DNA of 64,000 nucleotides from Perkinsus chesapeaki ATCC PRA-425. Taxonomy: Eukaryota > Protista > Perkinsozoa. Below, piece after piece: positions 1 to 14,500 of the stretch (within the stretch, counting starts at the first letter, position 1; each line of letters opens with the position of its first letter). The stretch spans positions 1-64,000 of the forward strand of contig JAAPAO010000049.1 of NCBI GenBank assembly GCA_013115145.1. Reading direction: 5' to 3'. The notes beneath the pieces are model-generated. The model was not told where the DNA came from. It ran no database searches and saw only the letters and a program-made list of their open reading frames with translations. A program made the position numbers and the translations under genes.

Positions 1-250
1 CTTCCCCGTCCTCACGCTGTCCCTCTGACAAAGAGCTACAGAACACCGGAGCGAAGCGACGGGTTCTGCTAGTCAATATTATCCCTACATGACTCCCAGA
101 CATACCGTCACGTGGGACAGGAGAATTCCAAATCGATTAGAATGGCGCGCGCGATCGACATTGGTCTGTCAGCCTTGTTTTCGTATTGGTGGTGATGCTG
201 GTAGTGGCCCTCTATAATGGTGAGTTTTGTTAGGCCTTTTGCTTCAGCTA

Positions 251-2284
251 ATGGCAAGTGGTAGTGATATGGCCTCTACGTCATCACCTCATGAAACGAA
301 GCCTATCGTGGATCCCTCTGATCCCCTAGGAGAAGCCAATTTCGTTCCGCGGTATTTGGTGTGTGTTAATCCCTTATGTCGAAGGAAATGGAAGCAGCTG
401 ACACCGAAGAGTATCCCTATGTTTTGCCCAAGCTGTAAGAAGGCTGCTGAGCTCGCTTTACGGGACAAGTGGGGCGTTACCGATGATACTCTTTATTACA
501 ACTTATTAAAATATTGGCATTCTATTTACAAGGACATTGAAAACAGTTTGGGCTTCCCTAAATGCAGAGATCTTAACCTACCAAAAGATCCTGAAGAGGT
601 TACTATACTCAATGTTATGGACTACTATCAAAAAGCCTTCCCAGAAGGGCCCCATCCAGAGGATGTTAGGAATTGGAGCTCTATGGGTCAAAGGAAGAAG
701 CAAATGACCGGTACTATTATCCGACAGTGTGGCACGCTATTATGGGAACTAACAGTATTGGAGGATCTTCAGCATCAACATGGTACTATTGCTACGACAC
801 TTAGCCGACCGGTATCTCATCAGCGCACTTCCGCTCTTCAGGATCTCGAGTGCCTCCGTCCCAGCGTCATCACGACATGGTCGGCCATCGTTTCTATCTG
901 ATTGACTGGAGAGGTTCTCTCAAGATTGGTGATCACCTTCAGTTTGTTGCCTTCCCGAATCCATCTGTCGAAGAGCGCGGCCAGCTGCCCCACGTTTTGA
1001 AGGTATGTGGTGTGTGGGTTGTAGAGCCTAGCGTTGGCCGCTGCAGATCCTGGATGACCGAGTTAACCCTCCGCACCATCCATCAGAGAAGACCAAAGAC
1101 GAAGTTACCAATAATGCAGATCGTCAGCCTGCTGGCAAAGGAAAGTAAGTTGGTGGGAAGGTGTTCATACCGCTCTCTTCTCAAGTGTGTTATAATTTTA
1201 GGGGTACGTATTCTCGTACTCCCAACAACGCCTATTATGGAAGGCAGCAACAACAACAACCTTACAATGGTCAGTACCATCAGGATCGAAGCCAAGCTCG
1301 ATACCCTCAGCTACAACAACAACAGCAGACGGCCAGGCCGTCGAGCCCATTACAGCGTGCCGGGGCTAACAGCAACCAGCAGTCCTATGGCACCGGCCTA
1401 TGGCAACCCGCTGGCCAGTTCTCCTCCCGCCCATCGGCCGATAGCCCTCAGCGTGCTGGGCAAGATGTGCGGGAGCGCTGTTCCCCTCCCACCGGGACCG
1501 AGCGTCCACCTCAATCTGGTGAGATACAGTTGCTGCACTTTTCTGATGATTTACCTTAGGAAATGCCTCATCGCCCCACGAAAGTCGTCGACCGTCGGAC
1601 AACGCTTCCCCTATCCAAGAGAAGAAGTTCTCCCCGGAGGTCGGGTCATTAGTCGATTCTGCAGTGGCCCCTCCGCCTGGCTTTGAAGATCTTGCCGATG
1701 ACACCCACCTCGCTCTTGGTCAGTTAGCGCAGCTTCTATCGGCGGCTGCCAACAAGGAGGTGCCACCAACACCCCAGGCCCCCACTCTAGAGCCTCGAGT
1801 GCCAGAATCCTCTCAGCCCAGCCCGAGTCCAGCAGTCCCGGCCGCCAAGAGACCCGATTGGATCCCGGATACTCCGGCGAGTCCTCTCTATCTACATCGT
1901 GATATGAATTTTGGACAGACCCCGAATCCCTTGGTGCAGTTCCTGCAGATGCAGGCTGCGGCAGGGGCCGCTGGTCAGATACCCCCTGGAGCTCGAGTCG
2001 CGGGGGCGCCATATGGGGCTGCTGGCTCAGCTCCCACTATGGCCACACCTTTCATGCCGATGGGTTCGCAGTCTGCCGCGTCGGTAGGTCTTGACGGTGA
2101 ACTGGCTGGTCTAGCTGCATGGGGTGCCTCTTGGCCTTCTACAATGCCTTCTAGTATTAACAAGCGTCAGAGTAACAGTCAGCCCCCTACTCCTATACAG
2201 GAGGAGACTGTCAACGAGTATGGTGAAGTATGTGCAGCTACTGCCACAACAGCTGCACCCTCCCAAGGCCAACATCAGCAGTGA
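251..2284 (+). CDS. Multi-exon hypothetical protein: N-terminal CxxxxC...CxxC Zn ribbon, OB/cold-shock-like segment, Q/N/Y/P-rich low-complexity C-terminal half
   Basis: The overlapping ORFs 227-901, 850-1686, 1161-1559 and 1664-2284 join in frame through GT-AG introns (donors near 782, 993, 1145, 1519). Motifs CVNPLC/CPSC, GTIIRQCG...LKIGDHLQFVAF, QQQQQPYNGQY. Exact start uncertain. Confidence 0.5.
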
Positions 2285-2923
2285 AAGATATATGGAGGAG
2301 TAGCTCTCCCTCAACAACTACTACTGTTATCGTGACCGTATACAATTATACTTTAGGGGCCCTTCTTGTTCTTCTTCATGTCTACCCTTGGTGCCCCTCG
2401 AACGTTGCCCCCCCCCACGAAGTGGTTGTCCTTTGTTTTCGTATTATATGTCGGTGGCTTCTATGTTGAGAGGCCTGTGATGATGAAGCTCCATAATCGT
2501 GCTCCTTCCTTTCAGGGGGGCGAACACTGCTACAGCTGCTATACTTATTCATCGAATCGTTCACATTTTTGCCAATCGTCTTCTTCTCCTTCTGCTGATG
2601 TCCAGCATGTATCCCAATCGATCGGTCTCTGGTTCCCAAGGCAGGGGTGCCGAGTGCTGCTGCTGCTGCTGCTGCTCCACTGGTATACTAATTGGTTTAA
2701 TATGTGTTGGTATGCCATGATATTTCTGTAGACTCGGTGATGTTGGTATTATCACCACCGCTGCTATCTCTGCCCGCGACAGTTGTGCAAAAGTTGAGTT
2801 CAAATCGATCATCATCGTTCCCCTCTGTCGACTTACTGAAACATATTTTCACATTGTTGTTTGCCTTTTGTTGCTCGTCGGCTGCCTTTTCCTCATCTTG
2901 TTCATCTCTTCAGTTCTCTTGGT

Positions 2924-5230
2924 ATGGGCTCGCCCCGATCCCGGACAAGATCAAGATCCCCCGCGGGCAGTGGGAGCACCGTCGAGAGCACTGTCCCGCG
3001 AGGAGGCGAGGGTCGAGTCCGGGGATCCGATGCCACCGCCGCAGTCGCGACCGTTGTCCAGCCTCCCCGAGCATCGTCCCCCCACCAGCGGAGACGATCT
3101 AGAAGTCGTGACAGTGATGTGGTGCGCCGCCGTCGCCATCGCAGTTCGACGGACGAGGTGAGCTGCCACCGCAGCAACCGCCTTCCGTAGCGGTCCATGA
3201 ATGTATTCAGAACTACTACCGTGACGGAGGTAGCTCCCATCGTAGCCGATATGGCTCTAGGGAATCCCGAGGCCCCTCGCCATCGAGAGCGTATTCGTAT
3301 TACCCAGAGGACAGGCAAAGGCGGCGAACTGGAGGAGATGATTATCGTTCAGGGTAGGTCTATTCGGAGACCTTCTTACGGGTTAAACTCGCTTCTTTCC
3401 AGGCACCGTGATGAGAGAACCGACCGTCGTTCGGCCGGGGGTGGCTCCTACTACAGTGGTCGTCCTTCTCGAGATCAACCCAATGGCAGTTCCTCACTGC
3501 ACTATGTCAACAGCAGCAGCTCTCATAGAGGCGGCTCCTCCTGGTCTGGCAGCAAAACTGATGAATGGTTCTCCCACACCGATGATGCAGCACGACACGC
3601 TCGTGAGGGCAGTAGAACTCGCACACGAGAGTCTGTCCCTTCACGGCCGTCACCGAGACGAAGGTTGGTTCTTGACGACGACTCCCCGCCGCAGAGCACG
3701 CCCGAGGCCAAGGAGATGCCTCAGCCCCCGCCGTCCACACGAAGGTCGAAGGCTCAGGTCGAGTTCGGCAAGCCTATACGGCCCGATCCGCGAGATAATG
3801 CTCAGAAGGGCAACGTGCTGGTGCTAGCTTGTGACTGTCCCCGGAAGTATGTCCCTGATCCTGGTCCCCATCCCCTATCTGATCCAGCATGGCTACCAAC
3901 TATTCAGTGGGGACAGGCCACCTTCGAGGAGCGCATCCTGCTCAGGCGGGAGGTAGCCCCTCGAGCTGTAGCAAATGCCCGTGGCCAGTCGATCGCATCG
4001 CCGACGGTTTGCTATCCCACAGTCGAGGATTCCTCGTGGCATGAGACCTGGCCTAGCGATGTCGACTGCCGAATCGTCTGTGTGTTGCGGCTACCGGATT
4101 TGGTCACTTCGGATGATACCTTCCTGCGAGCCGTCCGAGGAGCGATCCCTCATAATTTACGGGCGCGTGACGGTCTCCAGAAGGCTGTTGTTATCAAGGC
4201 CTCTGGGCTCGGTGGATCTGTAGTCCAAGCCAGGTGCGGTTATCTGGCATTTCGTACTCGACGCGATGCTCATGAGTGTTGGTCTCTTCGGCACTTGAAG
4301 CTGTATGGTTATGTCTGCCCGCTTATCGCTGATCCCACTGCATTCCGAACACTCTGTCAAATTGCACTTGTTTTGAAACTTTATGAAGGCAATTCAATTG
4401 GCGCTACTACCTCTGGTCTCACTACACGTCCACATGTCTTGGAGTCCAGCAGCCAATCAGCTGCTGCCCCGGCTCCATCGTCCCAGCCTGGCATAACAGG
4501 GACCAAATTCGGTGGTGGCTTATCCTCGCGAAAACCTCTTCCCAGCGCGGTTCGCGGAGCCGACAGCAATGGTGGTGCCAGTAGCGCGACTTCTCGCGGT
4601 CGGTTTATCCTTCGTGGGCTGAAAGCAAGCTTGGAGCGGCTTAAAGGCCCTCCTGTTGAAGCCTGTGGTAACTTCACTGCGAGCGCTGTACGGTATAGTC
4701 GTCTTGATCAGCGTGATGGTGCTGTTATTGGGAGAACTGAGTACGTCCGCGCTGAGACTTCGTCTGATGGGCAAAGCCAGAAACTCCACATTGGTCTCAC
4801 GAAGGACAGAAGTGTAGTGGTTTTAGAGACCAACGACGACAATAAGCTTGCAGATTGGCGACCTGAATGGGTTTTCAGGGACTGGGCTTGGGGTTGCCGG
4901 CCTATGTCCGTAACACAGGCTGAGAAGAAGTCCGCTGATGAGGAGATAGATCCGGCGGAGCTATCAGATTACAGTACCTACAGCCTACCCGACATGAGCG
5001 TTTTCAAGCCTATACGACCGGTGGTCGCGGCACAGCCTATCGGCGGCGGCTCACCACAGAGCAAAGCCCGCTCTACTGGTACAAGTCGGAAGAGCAAGAA
5101 GTCCAAGAAAAAGGAGAAAAAGAAGCGACGTACAAGCCATGACCTCACAACGAAGCTCACTGGTACCGAAGTGAAGGCAGCAGCTGATGGTGCTGCTGTA
5201 AAAACTGAGGTGCAAGCCGGGGGCCGCTAG
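2924..5230 (+). CDS. RS-rich protein with a degenerate RRM-like domain and a lysine-rich C-terminus (putative RNA-binding/splicing factor)
   Basis: Exon 1 MGSPRSRTRSRSP...RRRSRSRDSD ends at a GTGAGC donor near 3158 and joins the 677-aa ORF 3197-5230, which contains IVCVLRLP...RCGYLAFRTRRDAHEC (RNP2/RNP1-like) and KSKKSKKKEKKKRR. Confidence 0.5.
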
Positions 5231-5505
5231 ACTTTATGATAGCATCTGCTGCTGCTGCTGCTGCCTTTGTATAAAATGTATTGTACCATATTGGACCATT
5301 GAACCTAAGCTACTACTGCATATAATAAGTGTTGCTTATTAGTTAACAAAGGGGTTCACAACATGTACTGCTGCTACTACTGGGTAGTTTACATTTCTAA
5401 TTGACACTGCTTTTGCCGTTAGTTCTGTGTTGAATTCCTTAAGTACACTCATAACGCAATCAAGGCATTAGACAACAGCATAATAGCATTATACGACGGA
5501 CAAGG

Positions 5506-8500
5506 TCAGCTATCGAGCTGGGTCAGCATGGCCACTCCTCGTTTGATCCAATGGGCTTCCGAAGTATTGCTTGGTAGCCGCATGTACATGACAAAGTTCG
5601 TGCCTGATAGACCAGCTCAATAATAGAGGGACACTGTGTGCTTTACTGTGGCCAGTGGTGGCGAGTACACCTCTTCGACTGCTTATTTTGTACCTGCAAT
5701 CACCCGTTGATGTTGTTGGACGCTAACTAACTCACAAAGGGCAGTTATAATGAGGATAGTCTAAATTCATGTCGGAGCCCACCATGGGTTTAAGCCACAG
5801 TCGTGGTGCTTCGACGAACAAGACCTGAAGAGGAAGAGACTTGAAGCTGTTAGTCGAACATGCCTACCTTGGGGTCACTCTCCGTCAAAGTCCACTCCTC
5901 TTCAGACCATCTGCAGCCTTCCAGGAAAAGGCCGTGTCTACGCAGGAGAACCCCCTCAAATCCTACGCAGTGCGGACACTTACATGTAGACCCCGTCCTC
6001 AGGAGCCTCGCTGGGCGTTCCCTTGACGACTTCGAAATCGAAGTCCACGGTATCGATCGGTATGGTGTATCTGTAAAGGTAGATTAACTAACGGAGTTGT
6101 TGCTGCCTCAGTCAAATCGGAGCTTTCGGGATCTCACTTTCTGGCGTAGTTTTGCAACGCTCCTGTGGTGAAGGCTTGCGTGAAGAAGAAGCCCGAGAAC
6201 CAGAACAAGTGTGGCGTCTTTCCTCCGTCTATCCACGATTGGAAGTTGCGTAACCTACTCCAGAATGGCCTGTCTATCTCCCTATTGGAAACTCACAACG
6301 TACCTTTCGATGAGGTCATTAGTATAGCTTCCTAGGGGCTTCAGCGAAGGGTACGATTTGGCCATCCACATCTCAGGGGTACCTGAAATTCACGAGTGCA
6401 GTCCCACGCCGAGACCCGAGACCTACGGCCGTCGTTGATGGAATGGAATGCTGCCTCCAGCTGGGGTGACATGAGTATGAGGCCCTTCACTGCCTTCTGT
6501 ATATCAGCCAGAGATTCTCGGATAACTTTAATAAGCCCATTATATCTTACAAGGTCTCATACACCGAGGGAATGCCCACCTTTCTCACCTGGTGAGCTCC
6601 TGGGCCAACACGGTGTTCATGCTCTCCGTGTACGTCATAGGGAATGCCTCTTGGACGTCTTCCACCTGAAAAGCCGGTTCGCTACTCGCCTCATGGTATT
6701 GCTTGCACTTACTCTCCACGGCATAGGCATGCGTTGGAGAATGTCAGCGCTGATTGCTCCAACTACTTCCTCGGGGCTCATGCTGCCACCGGCTGTGCCT
6801 CCACTTTGAGAGCCCTAAGAGATTCAGTGAAGAGCGCCACCTTATGATAGTGCGCACCATTTGCAGGACGGCCTTCATCAAATCGAAGGCTTCATTCTGC
6901 TCCTTGGTTAAGTTTGCATTGGGATGGAAACCAAAGACCCGGGGATCGGTTATGGCGGGCAGGCCCCGGATTGCCTCCAGGACTGACAACGAAGGCAATC
7001 AGCAGTGACAGTAGCTTTAGCTCTTACAGTCATCATAGCTCCCGTTGCCATCCGGCGGGCGGTACTGCGGGCATTCTGGAGTGTAGCAATATCTGAGGTC
7101 ACGGTAGAGCCCAGGAGTCTCAGGGATGCCTACTCATCATTGAAGACATCCTCGGTGAAGTAGTCAGCAAGAAGCGTCATGATCAAGCGTCGATCCTTAT
7201 CATCAGTCACTCTTCCTCCATAATTGCACTCCCCTAATAGATGACAGCTGATGATGCACAGAATATACGAGGTTACCTGTAAGATAGTTGAGGGCCTTGA
7301 AGGGCACCTCGCCTGAGGCGTACTCGTTGATAAACATCTGCAGTTGCAAGACCTGAGCAAGAATGCATTGCAGCAATGCGTCTGATCGGGCAGGTTCGCG
7401 CGGCGCCCTACCGATATCCGCATATCTGACTCTGTGAACTCGTAGGGAATGTTCCAACCTAGAGGACCGAAGAGACGTCGCTCTTGAATAACAGCGTGGA
7501 AGAAGCAGAGCGAGTAGAGGAGCTTCTTGAAGTGCCAGGGTTTCACGCCTGAAGGACCAGACTGGTGAGGCTCCCTTGCGGAGAGCCGTACATTTGTCGT
7601 TGAAGAATTCTGGGTCGCAGATAGGGTCGGTCAAAAAGGAGCCCATGAGGTTGGATCTCAGTCCCTTTGGGGGCTCGTTAGTCATTTTCACGCCGTTCTG
7701 AAGAATCGCTACTGGGAACTGTGGACTCGGATAGCTGGTCAGCCAGAGTCTGAAAGGAAATACTCGACCACAAGCGGAGCGAAGCTGACCTCGGAGCTAC
7801 CTGTAATTGCGATGCGTATGTTTAGGATCCATGGTCTCGAGTATCCTTTCGAGCTTGGGCATCCAAGAAGTACACAGGTGGCAGTTTTGCAGGACCACCC
7901 ACGATCCTGAACTTCACAGTGCAACAAACGACGCATTCGGTCAAGACTTACCTTCGCGCATGCCAGCTTCAATCATTTGCTCAGCTCGAGGGCCCTGCAA
8001 GAGAAAGCTAGACAGTTGGTATTGTTTCCGCATCTCACTTGTCCTTGGCCCAATGATATTGACTTGAACTCCACGTTTTGGTCACCCGCGAACTTCGAGA
8101 GGGCGGCGAAAGGGTCGGAACCAGGCGAGAGAACCTAGCAGGGACCGGAGCGGATCAGGGGTACAAAAGAGGCGCTGGTCCTACGAAGATCAAGGGAGTC
8201 ACGTTGGACGAATCTGCGTAGCTGCTGGAAAGGTCGAATGGTGGGGGTGTGACGAAAGATTCCCCTGCGATACATTTTTTATATTGAAGGCTGATCGATG
8301 TGGTCACCTAGGTTATTGGACACGAAGTCCATTATGGCGGGAACCAGCTTATCAGCCCGGAGGCATCTCAGAACCTACAGTAGAAATTCAGCTACTTCGA
8401 CATCGGGCAATCGCAGACCATCAAGCGCTGGAACTCCGTGAATCCTTCCACGGCCTTCAGGGCGCTACCCAACTCTAGGATACGTTTCAGTGGGTCACTG

Positions 8501-11500
8501 TGATCGTAGGCTGACTTCCACCTGTAACAATTAATACATGTAGCCGTACAGTTCTCATTGTCCCTACAGGTCCTGCTCCTGAGAGAAAGCTTCGAGAATG
8601 TTGGTGTAAGGGTCACCAAGACGGCTCATCTTGAAGAGTTCACCCCAGCATCTGTCTGGTATCCATCTGATCGAAAGGCTTAAACAATTTCGATCCCACT
8701 AGCGGCTATACGGGGCGGCCTTTGGCGGCGGGTCCTCCATGCTGACGCCTCCTGTAAGTAGGAATCTGTAGTCCCGCATCGGAAGCTCGTTGCGGCTTTC
8801 CTTCAGAGCGCAGCATAACTGAGGGTGCATATAATGAAAAGATTGCAGTGTGGTTGGTTTCACTTGGAATGACATTAGCAGTTTGTGCTTCTCGAAAAGA
8901 GAGCGGCAGATGTTGTTGTAGAGAGTTTGCATGAAGTAGTCGTTGAGGATTTCGATACGGTCCGCCAAGTTCTGTGCGTCGGGGGCCTTCCGGATGCACA
9001 TCTCCTGAAAGCGAGTTGTCGCCGAGCAAGCACCTCCAGACTCACATAGAGCGACACGAAGAAGGGCAGACTGTACTGGTACATGGGGTCGATTTGTGCA
9101 AGGTCTGCTATACAGAAGAAGAGGATGGAGGCCTGAGACCGGAGGTAGATCGGCACACCTTGACTTAACGGAAAGGCACCTGTTCGGCAACGGGTACGTA
9201 GCAGTTCCTCGCTTTATCGATTCGAAGTTCAGTCTGTTCTGCTTCGCTCTGCTTCTCCGCGATTTCATTAGAAAGCACCTGTTGGTGTAGAAGTATACGA
9301 GCACCTTCGAAGGCCTGTTATTTCACCTTGGATGCGCTGAGGACTTGGATTGCCGTCTCGTCTTCTAATATATTCCCTTGGCTGCTGCTCAACACCTTAG
9401 GAGTGCCGTGGGATACGTGATCTTTCTCTACAAGCGCTGCCCTACTTTAAGTATCTTGTCTTCTATTTCTTCCAGTTGTTTCTTATTCTCTGCTCCCTCC
9501 AAGATGACCCTAGCCTTCTCTGCGGCCAAATCGGGTTTTTCCATAGATACCACCTACACCACGCCAAACACTAACTTGGCATTTCATGAATCAAGAACAG
9601 TCTTACGAGATTCAGCAGTTGATCTTCTAACCCGACCGGTGTGATCATGAAGTTCAGCAGCGTCACCTTCACCGAAACTTCCGGCAAGTAGTGTGGATTG
9701 CGGAGCTTCGAAGTGAGGTAGAGCCTATGAGATGCGTTTGGGACAGCAAACCTTGCAGCGCGTCTTACCTGAACTTCTTGTTATATTCAATGGTCGCGTC
9801 TCCCAGCTTCATCATGGTCATTCCGCCTTTGGTGAACGTCTGCTTCAGCAATAAAGGCTCTATTGCGGGATCCATGTCCTCGAGAACATTCTCGATCAAG
9901 AAGGGATAGCCGAACTGAATACCTGTGAAAAGTAGATATTAGAGGAATCGCTTGCTATGGAGCTCAAGCGTACATCCCTCGAGCCGCCTAAGATAGTCTC
10001 CATCCGTAAACTTGCAGGTGACTAGTTTGTGGTCTTTCTCTGTGTTCTTTATCCACTTATTTGCCTGCCCCTGGGGATCGATGCAAAGTGGCCATCGTCG
10101 GGCCTTATCTACTATTATACCATTCTCGATACTGAAGGCATCATTAGGCAATCCCGCGATAGTCCAGCTTCGGATCTTCACTGGCTCTCCCAAGCATCTC
10201 TCAAGCGCGAACTCAGCCGAACCTGGTATCTCTTTGCTCTGACTGATTGAGCTCCAAGCGCTCACAGCATCACGACGGAACTCAGGTGTGAAAGCGCCCA
10301 GGTACGCTATGACACCGGAAGCAAGTATGACATCACCCGTGAGATTATCATAATCGTAACCAAGCTGCTCGGCCATGGCTGTCCAGCGCGTCTTCTCGCC
10401 ACCAAGTGACGTGATAAGTTGCTCTGCTCGCTCGAGCTTCCGGCTGCAATCTTCCACTTGGTTCTTCAAATTCATTTGTTCAGTCTCTAGAGCATCAAGT
10501 TTATCGTTAAGTGCCTGCAGCTCGTCCAGGACTTTTTGTAGCTCTGCTCGCTTCTCATTTAGCCCGACCATCACCGTAGCATACTCAGCTTCTGCTGCTG
10601 CCAAGGCCTCTCGTTTGGGAGCAACAATTTTCGCAACTCTATCGTAAGTCTCCATAGCTCTCACCCAGCAGCAGATGCCATAGGCCGCTTTAGAGACCTT
10701 GGCAACTCTGGCTGGCTGGAAGTCATCCTTCACCGTGTAATCCTTGATCTTATTGATGACAGCAGCCGGTATGTTATCTTTATCGTAGTCCTTAAGACTT
10801 TGCAAGAAACCCATTTCGCTGACCATCTTCTTGGCATTAGGCCAGTAGTCATCCACCTTCTTCCCAGTGTCTTTATCCTGCACCTTAACAGCGCCTATGC
10901 CCTTCATTATGCAAACCGCAGTTAGGACCAGACGAACAGGTTCCGGGGGATTCGTCATTGCCTTGATTTCAGCAATGTCCTTGCCGGTAAGGGTGTCCAA
11001 AGCGGACAGTGCCTCGTTGAGCTCTGGCATCGCTTCGCCCAGCTCCTTCTCACAATCTGTCTTGATAGCATTGGCCCTATCAGCGGCTTCTGACGCTATG
11101 GCCTCCTCGCCGGACACGACTTCCTTCACGGCATTAGTCTTCTCTGATTCTGCATTTACAACACTCATCATCTCTTCAACTTCCTTATTCTTCGCTACCA
11201 GCTGCGGTTGGAGGTCCGTAAGTTCCTTCTGCATACCCGCCACAGATTGCTCTGTATTGGCCAGCTTCTCGAGGCCAACCAAATACCGATCTCTCTTTGC
11301 GCTGACCTCCCCGCGTTTCTCGTCAAGTAGCGTCTTGAAGGTGTTGATGAGCTCCAAATAGCTTGTAGGCGTGGCATAATAATGACGTCGAAGCTCAAGC
11401 TTGAACCGCGTTGCCAGCTTGGTGCTCTCAACATGGAACAGTTGACACATTTCAACACACGATGCTCTCGTGGAGTCGGCCATCGGTACAGCTTCAAGGA

Positions 11501-14500
11501 ACTGCTCTGCTACAGACAGAAGGGCATCAGAAGGCCACTCACTGAACCAGTCGATGGTTGTACAATTGACCAGACTCGGGAATTGTCGGAGCCTCGATCT
11601 CCACCCATTGCCTATAGGGGAGAAGCACAGTACTATGTGCAGCATTCCTCTGATCCGTTCTAAGAAATAGGCAAACAGTGACGTTGGTGTCCCATCAGTT
11701 GCTTTCCCCTCGCTCTTAGCATATCCTCTCACGGATTCACAGCATTGCATCTTTTCGTCAGGAGCAAAGAGATTCGGCACTTCGCCAGTATTGAGCATGT
11801 TGTTGATATCTTCTACAAAACTCTCATCCTTAATCTGCGTATCCGTGAAAAGGAAAACCATCGGCTCCTGCCGTGATCCAGCGCCCATCAGCAACTTTTT
11901 CAGATCGTCGCGCCATGCCAGCTTATCGTAACCTTTGGCGATCTCGATTTGGAAAATAGTGTAGTCCGCCATAAAGGCCGCTAGCTTAGTGACGCTTTGG
12001 CGTCCTGAGCCCCCTACGCCGACCATCAAAGAATGCCCCCCAGGCTGCTTTAGGACCCTAGCTACTCTCGACAGATGTTCGATACAATATAAGAACAACA
12101 CCAAATTGAGGGGCGAAGTACTCATCATATTGTACTGTTCAAGATGACTAGTAACCTGCTTGGCGAGGCCGTTGAAGTCGGGGCACTCAGCGTAGGGACG
12201 TTTCGGGGCCGCCGGCGCAGACAAGAGATCGCCGAAGAATAGGAGGCGTATCTCGTCAAGAGTGTCAACTTTATTGTCACCATTAGAGTCCAAGTGTTTC
12301 ATGACCTCATCGAAGCTCACGCCCAGGTGGCTTCGCGTCACATCCCTCATTTGGTCCAAAAGCCACACTCTGTCTTTCTCGTCTACAAGACGGTCCCCGA
12401 AGACTCTGAAGACTTCATGGACCCATAACCGGACATGCCGATTGGTACCGTCACACTGGTCTTTCGGTAGGAGGAGAACGCCGAACATAACCTTTGCGAA
12501 ATCACGGAGATTGAAAGTGTAGTGCACTTTTAGAGGCGTTGGCAGCAGTTCGCTTGCTACTGCTTTGTATACTTCAAGCGTGGCGCTCACGAGCTTTTCT
12601 GAAAGTCCCTTCACCTCAGCGGGGTAACTCTGAGACTGGAATCGCCAATCGAGAATTGTACTGAAGATTCGCGTCATGTTGTCATCATCAAGGAGCGCAA
12701 ATCCTGTAAGCAGCATAAGCTGCGTGAAGCGTGGCGTGATGAATGTTCGCCCTCCTCCTGGTGGTCCCATAGCTGTCACCACCAACGTATCAATGACATG
12801 CCGGAACGGATGAGTACTGTCTTTTCTATCGAACCATCCGCCTTGATCGATCAGCTGCCTCATGATCTCAATCGGCGGCTGAGCACCGTAGGCTTCCTTG
12901 GAGGGCATGTTGAGGTCGTCCACCATGACGATACATAGCTTTCCTGTAGGTGGACCATAGGTGTCTTTGCGCCTTCTGTCTAGCTTGACGTCTACCTGGT
13001 CCTGCGTTTGTGCGCACTGCGTTTGGGCTGAAAAGCCTAAGAAGATTGGCACCGTGGTAGATTTGTCTCTTGATAAGATTGCGCCCTGCATGTAGGCAGT
13101 TTTCCCCGTCCCCGTGGGCCCGCAGAACAACAACGGGATCCTGTTGTCGATGCAGTGGTTCGCTATGAACGAGTATCGTATATTATCGAGAGTGCGCACA
13201 ATGATACTCTCAGGAGATGCCCCAGCTGGGAACTGCTGTTCGGCTGTGACCGTATCGCCCCATGGAAGCCATTTGCATTGTTTGACGTCAAAGAAGTAGT
13301 CATAAACCGAACCACGCTCGGGTAGCGTTGGTTCTATTTTCTTGAAATGCTCAATTTCCTCAACTTCGTGCTTGAGGAGCTTTCGCAGCTCAGCGTCGAA
13401 TATTTTTCGGCTTTCGGTAGTACCTACAAGAACGATACTAAAGACGACACCAGGCAGTCAAAACCCTGGCTCAACCAAGGCAGACTCTCAACGATGCCTT
13501 ACATGCAGCGCCAAGGCTCCAAATGATGGAAAATACTGTGAGGCAGTCAATGATGTTGGTCACTGTTGAAACGCCTTTCCCTTCGTATTCTTGGCTATCA
13601 TGGAGGGGCTTTAGCAACGTTGAAAAGAGTCTCTGAGAACGTACCCGTTGTTGCGCTATACTTTAATCATTAACACTTACCAAGTACGACTGCACCCAGT
13701 TTTGTTCCTGTGACGGACTGACCTCCGAGCACTCTCTCTTGAGAGTGTGGAGGAGAGGCGGCACGAGCCACTTTTGCATGCCGTCTGCTTCATCGACTTT
13801 TGTGCTGTCGAATGTCGGTGGCAAGTCCTCCTTGAAGGACTTCTTGATGAGATGCTCATACCCAAGTATATGGGGTTCGAAGTAGACCATACCGTTGCGA
13901 GAGATTGTAGCTGGCGATGCAACTTCAACGTCCATAGGCTCGAAGATCGTTCTCATATTGGAGCTCATTGCTATAATCTCGCCAGAGTTCAGGCACAACT
14001 TTTTGTTCTCGTCCATGACGGTGTTCATGTTCTCAATCCAGACTGCGTCAACCGGACCATCGAAGACAAGCCACTTCCTCTCGTCGGTTTGGTTCTTGGC
14101 GAAGTTACGGAACAGAACAGCAACGATACCGTCAGTCCACTCATGCGAGACTTCGTCGAAGTCACCGTAAAGACAACCAGCAGGGATCGACTTGGGGTTG
14201 AGTCGAGCTTGATGCACTATCTGTCCCTTGTGCATCTCCCCGCTCTCAGCCAAGTCAGTCAGAGCAGCTTGGAGGATATTAAGCGCGGTTGTTTTGCCAC
14301 TGAATGGCAGGCCCACGAGCATCACTGAATGTCTCACTATATGACACTCGTAAAACTGGATTATCTTATCTATCAAGTAATCTATCCACTCAAGGTTGTT
14401 TTTCTCAAAGTGCATCCTCAGCTTGCTAATCAAAGCTCTGTAGTCTGGTTGGGGCAGCTCAACTCCAGGGAACAAGTCAGATGTGATCCCTCGGAACAGA

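Noticed and set aside
2655-2680. CTG microsatellites (also ~5247-5265) as regulatory repeats
   Set aside because: Short, ordinary simple repeats in UTR or intergenic sequence with no further structure.
227-5230. First 5 kb as a frameshifted retroelement or viral insert
   Set aside because: The overlapping ORFs are explained by ordinary GT-AG introns; no RT, integrase or capsid motifs, or terminal repeats.
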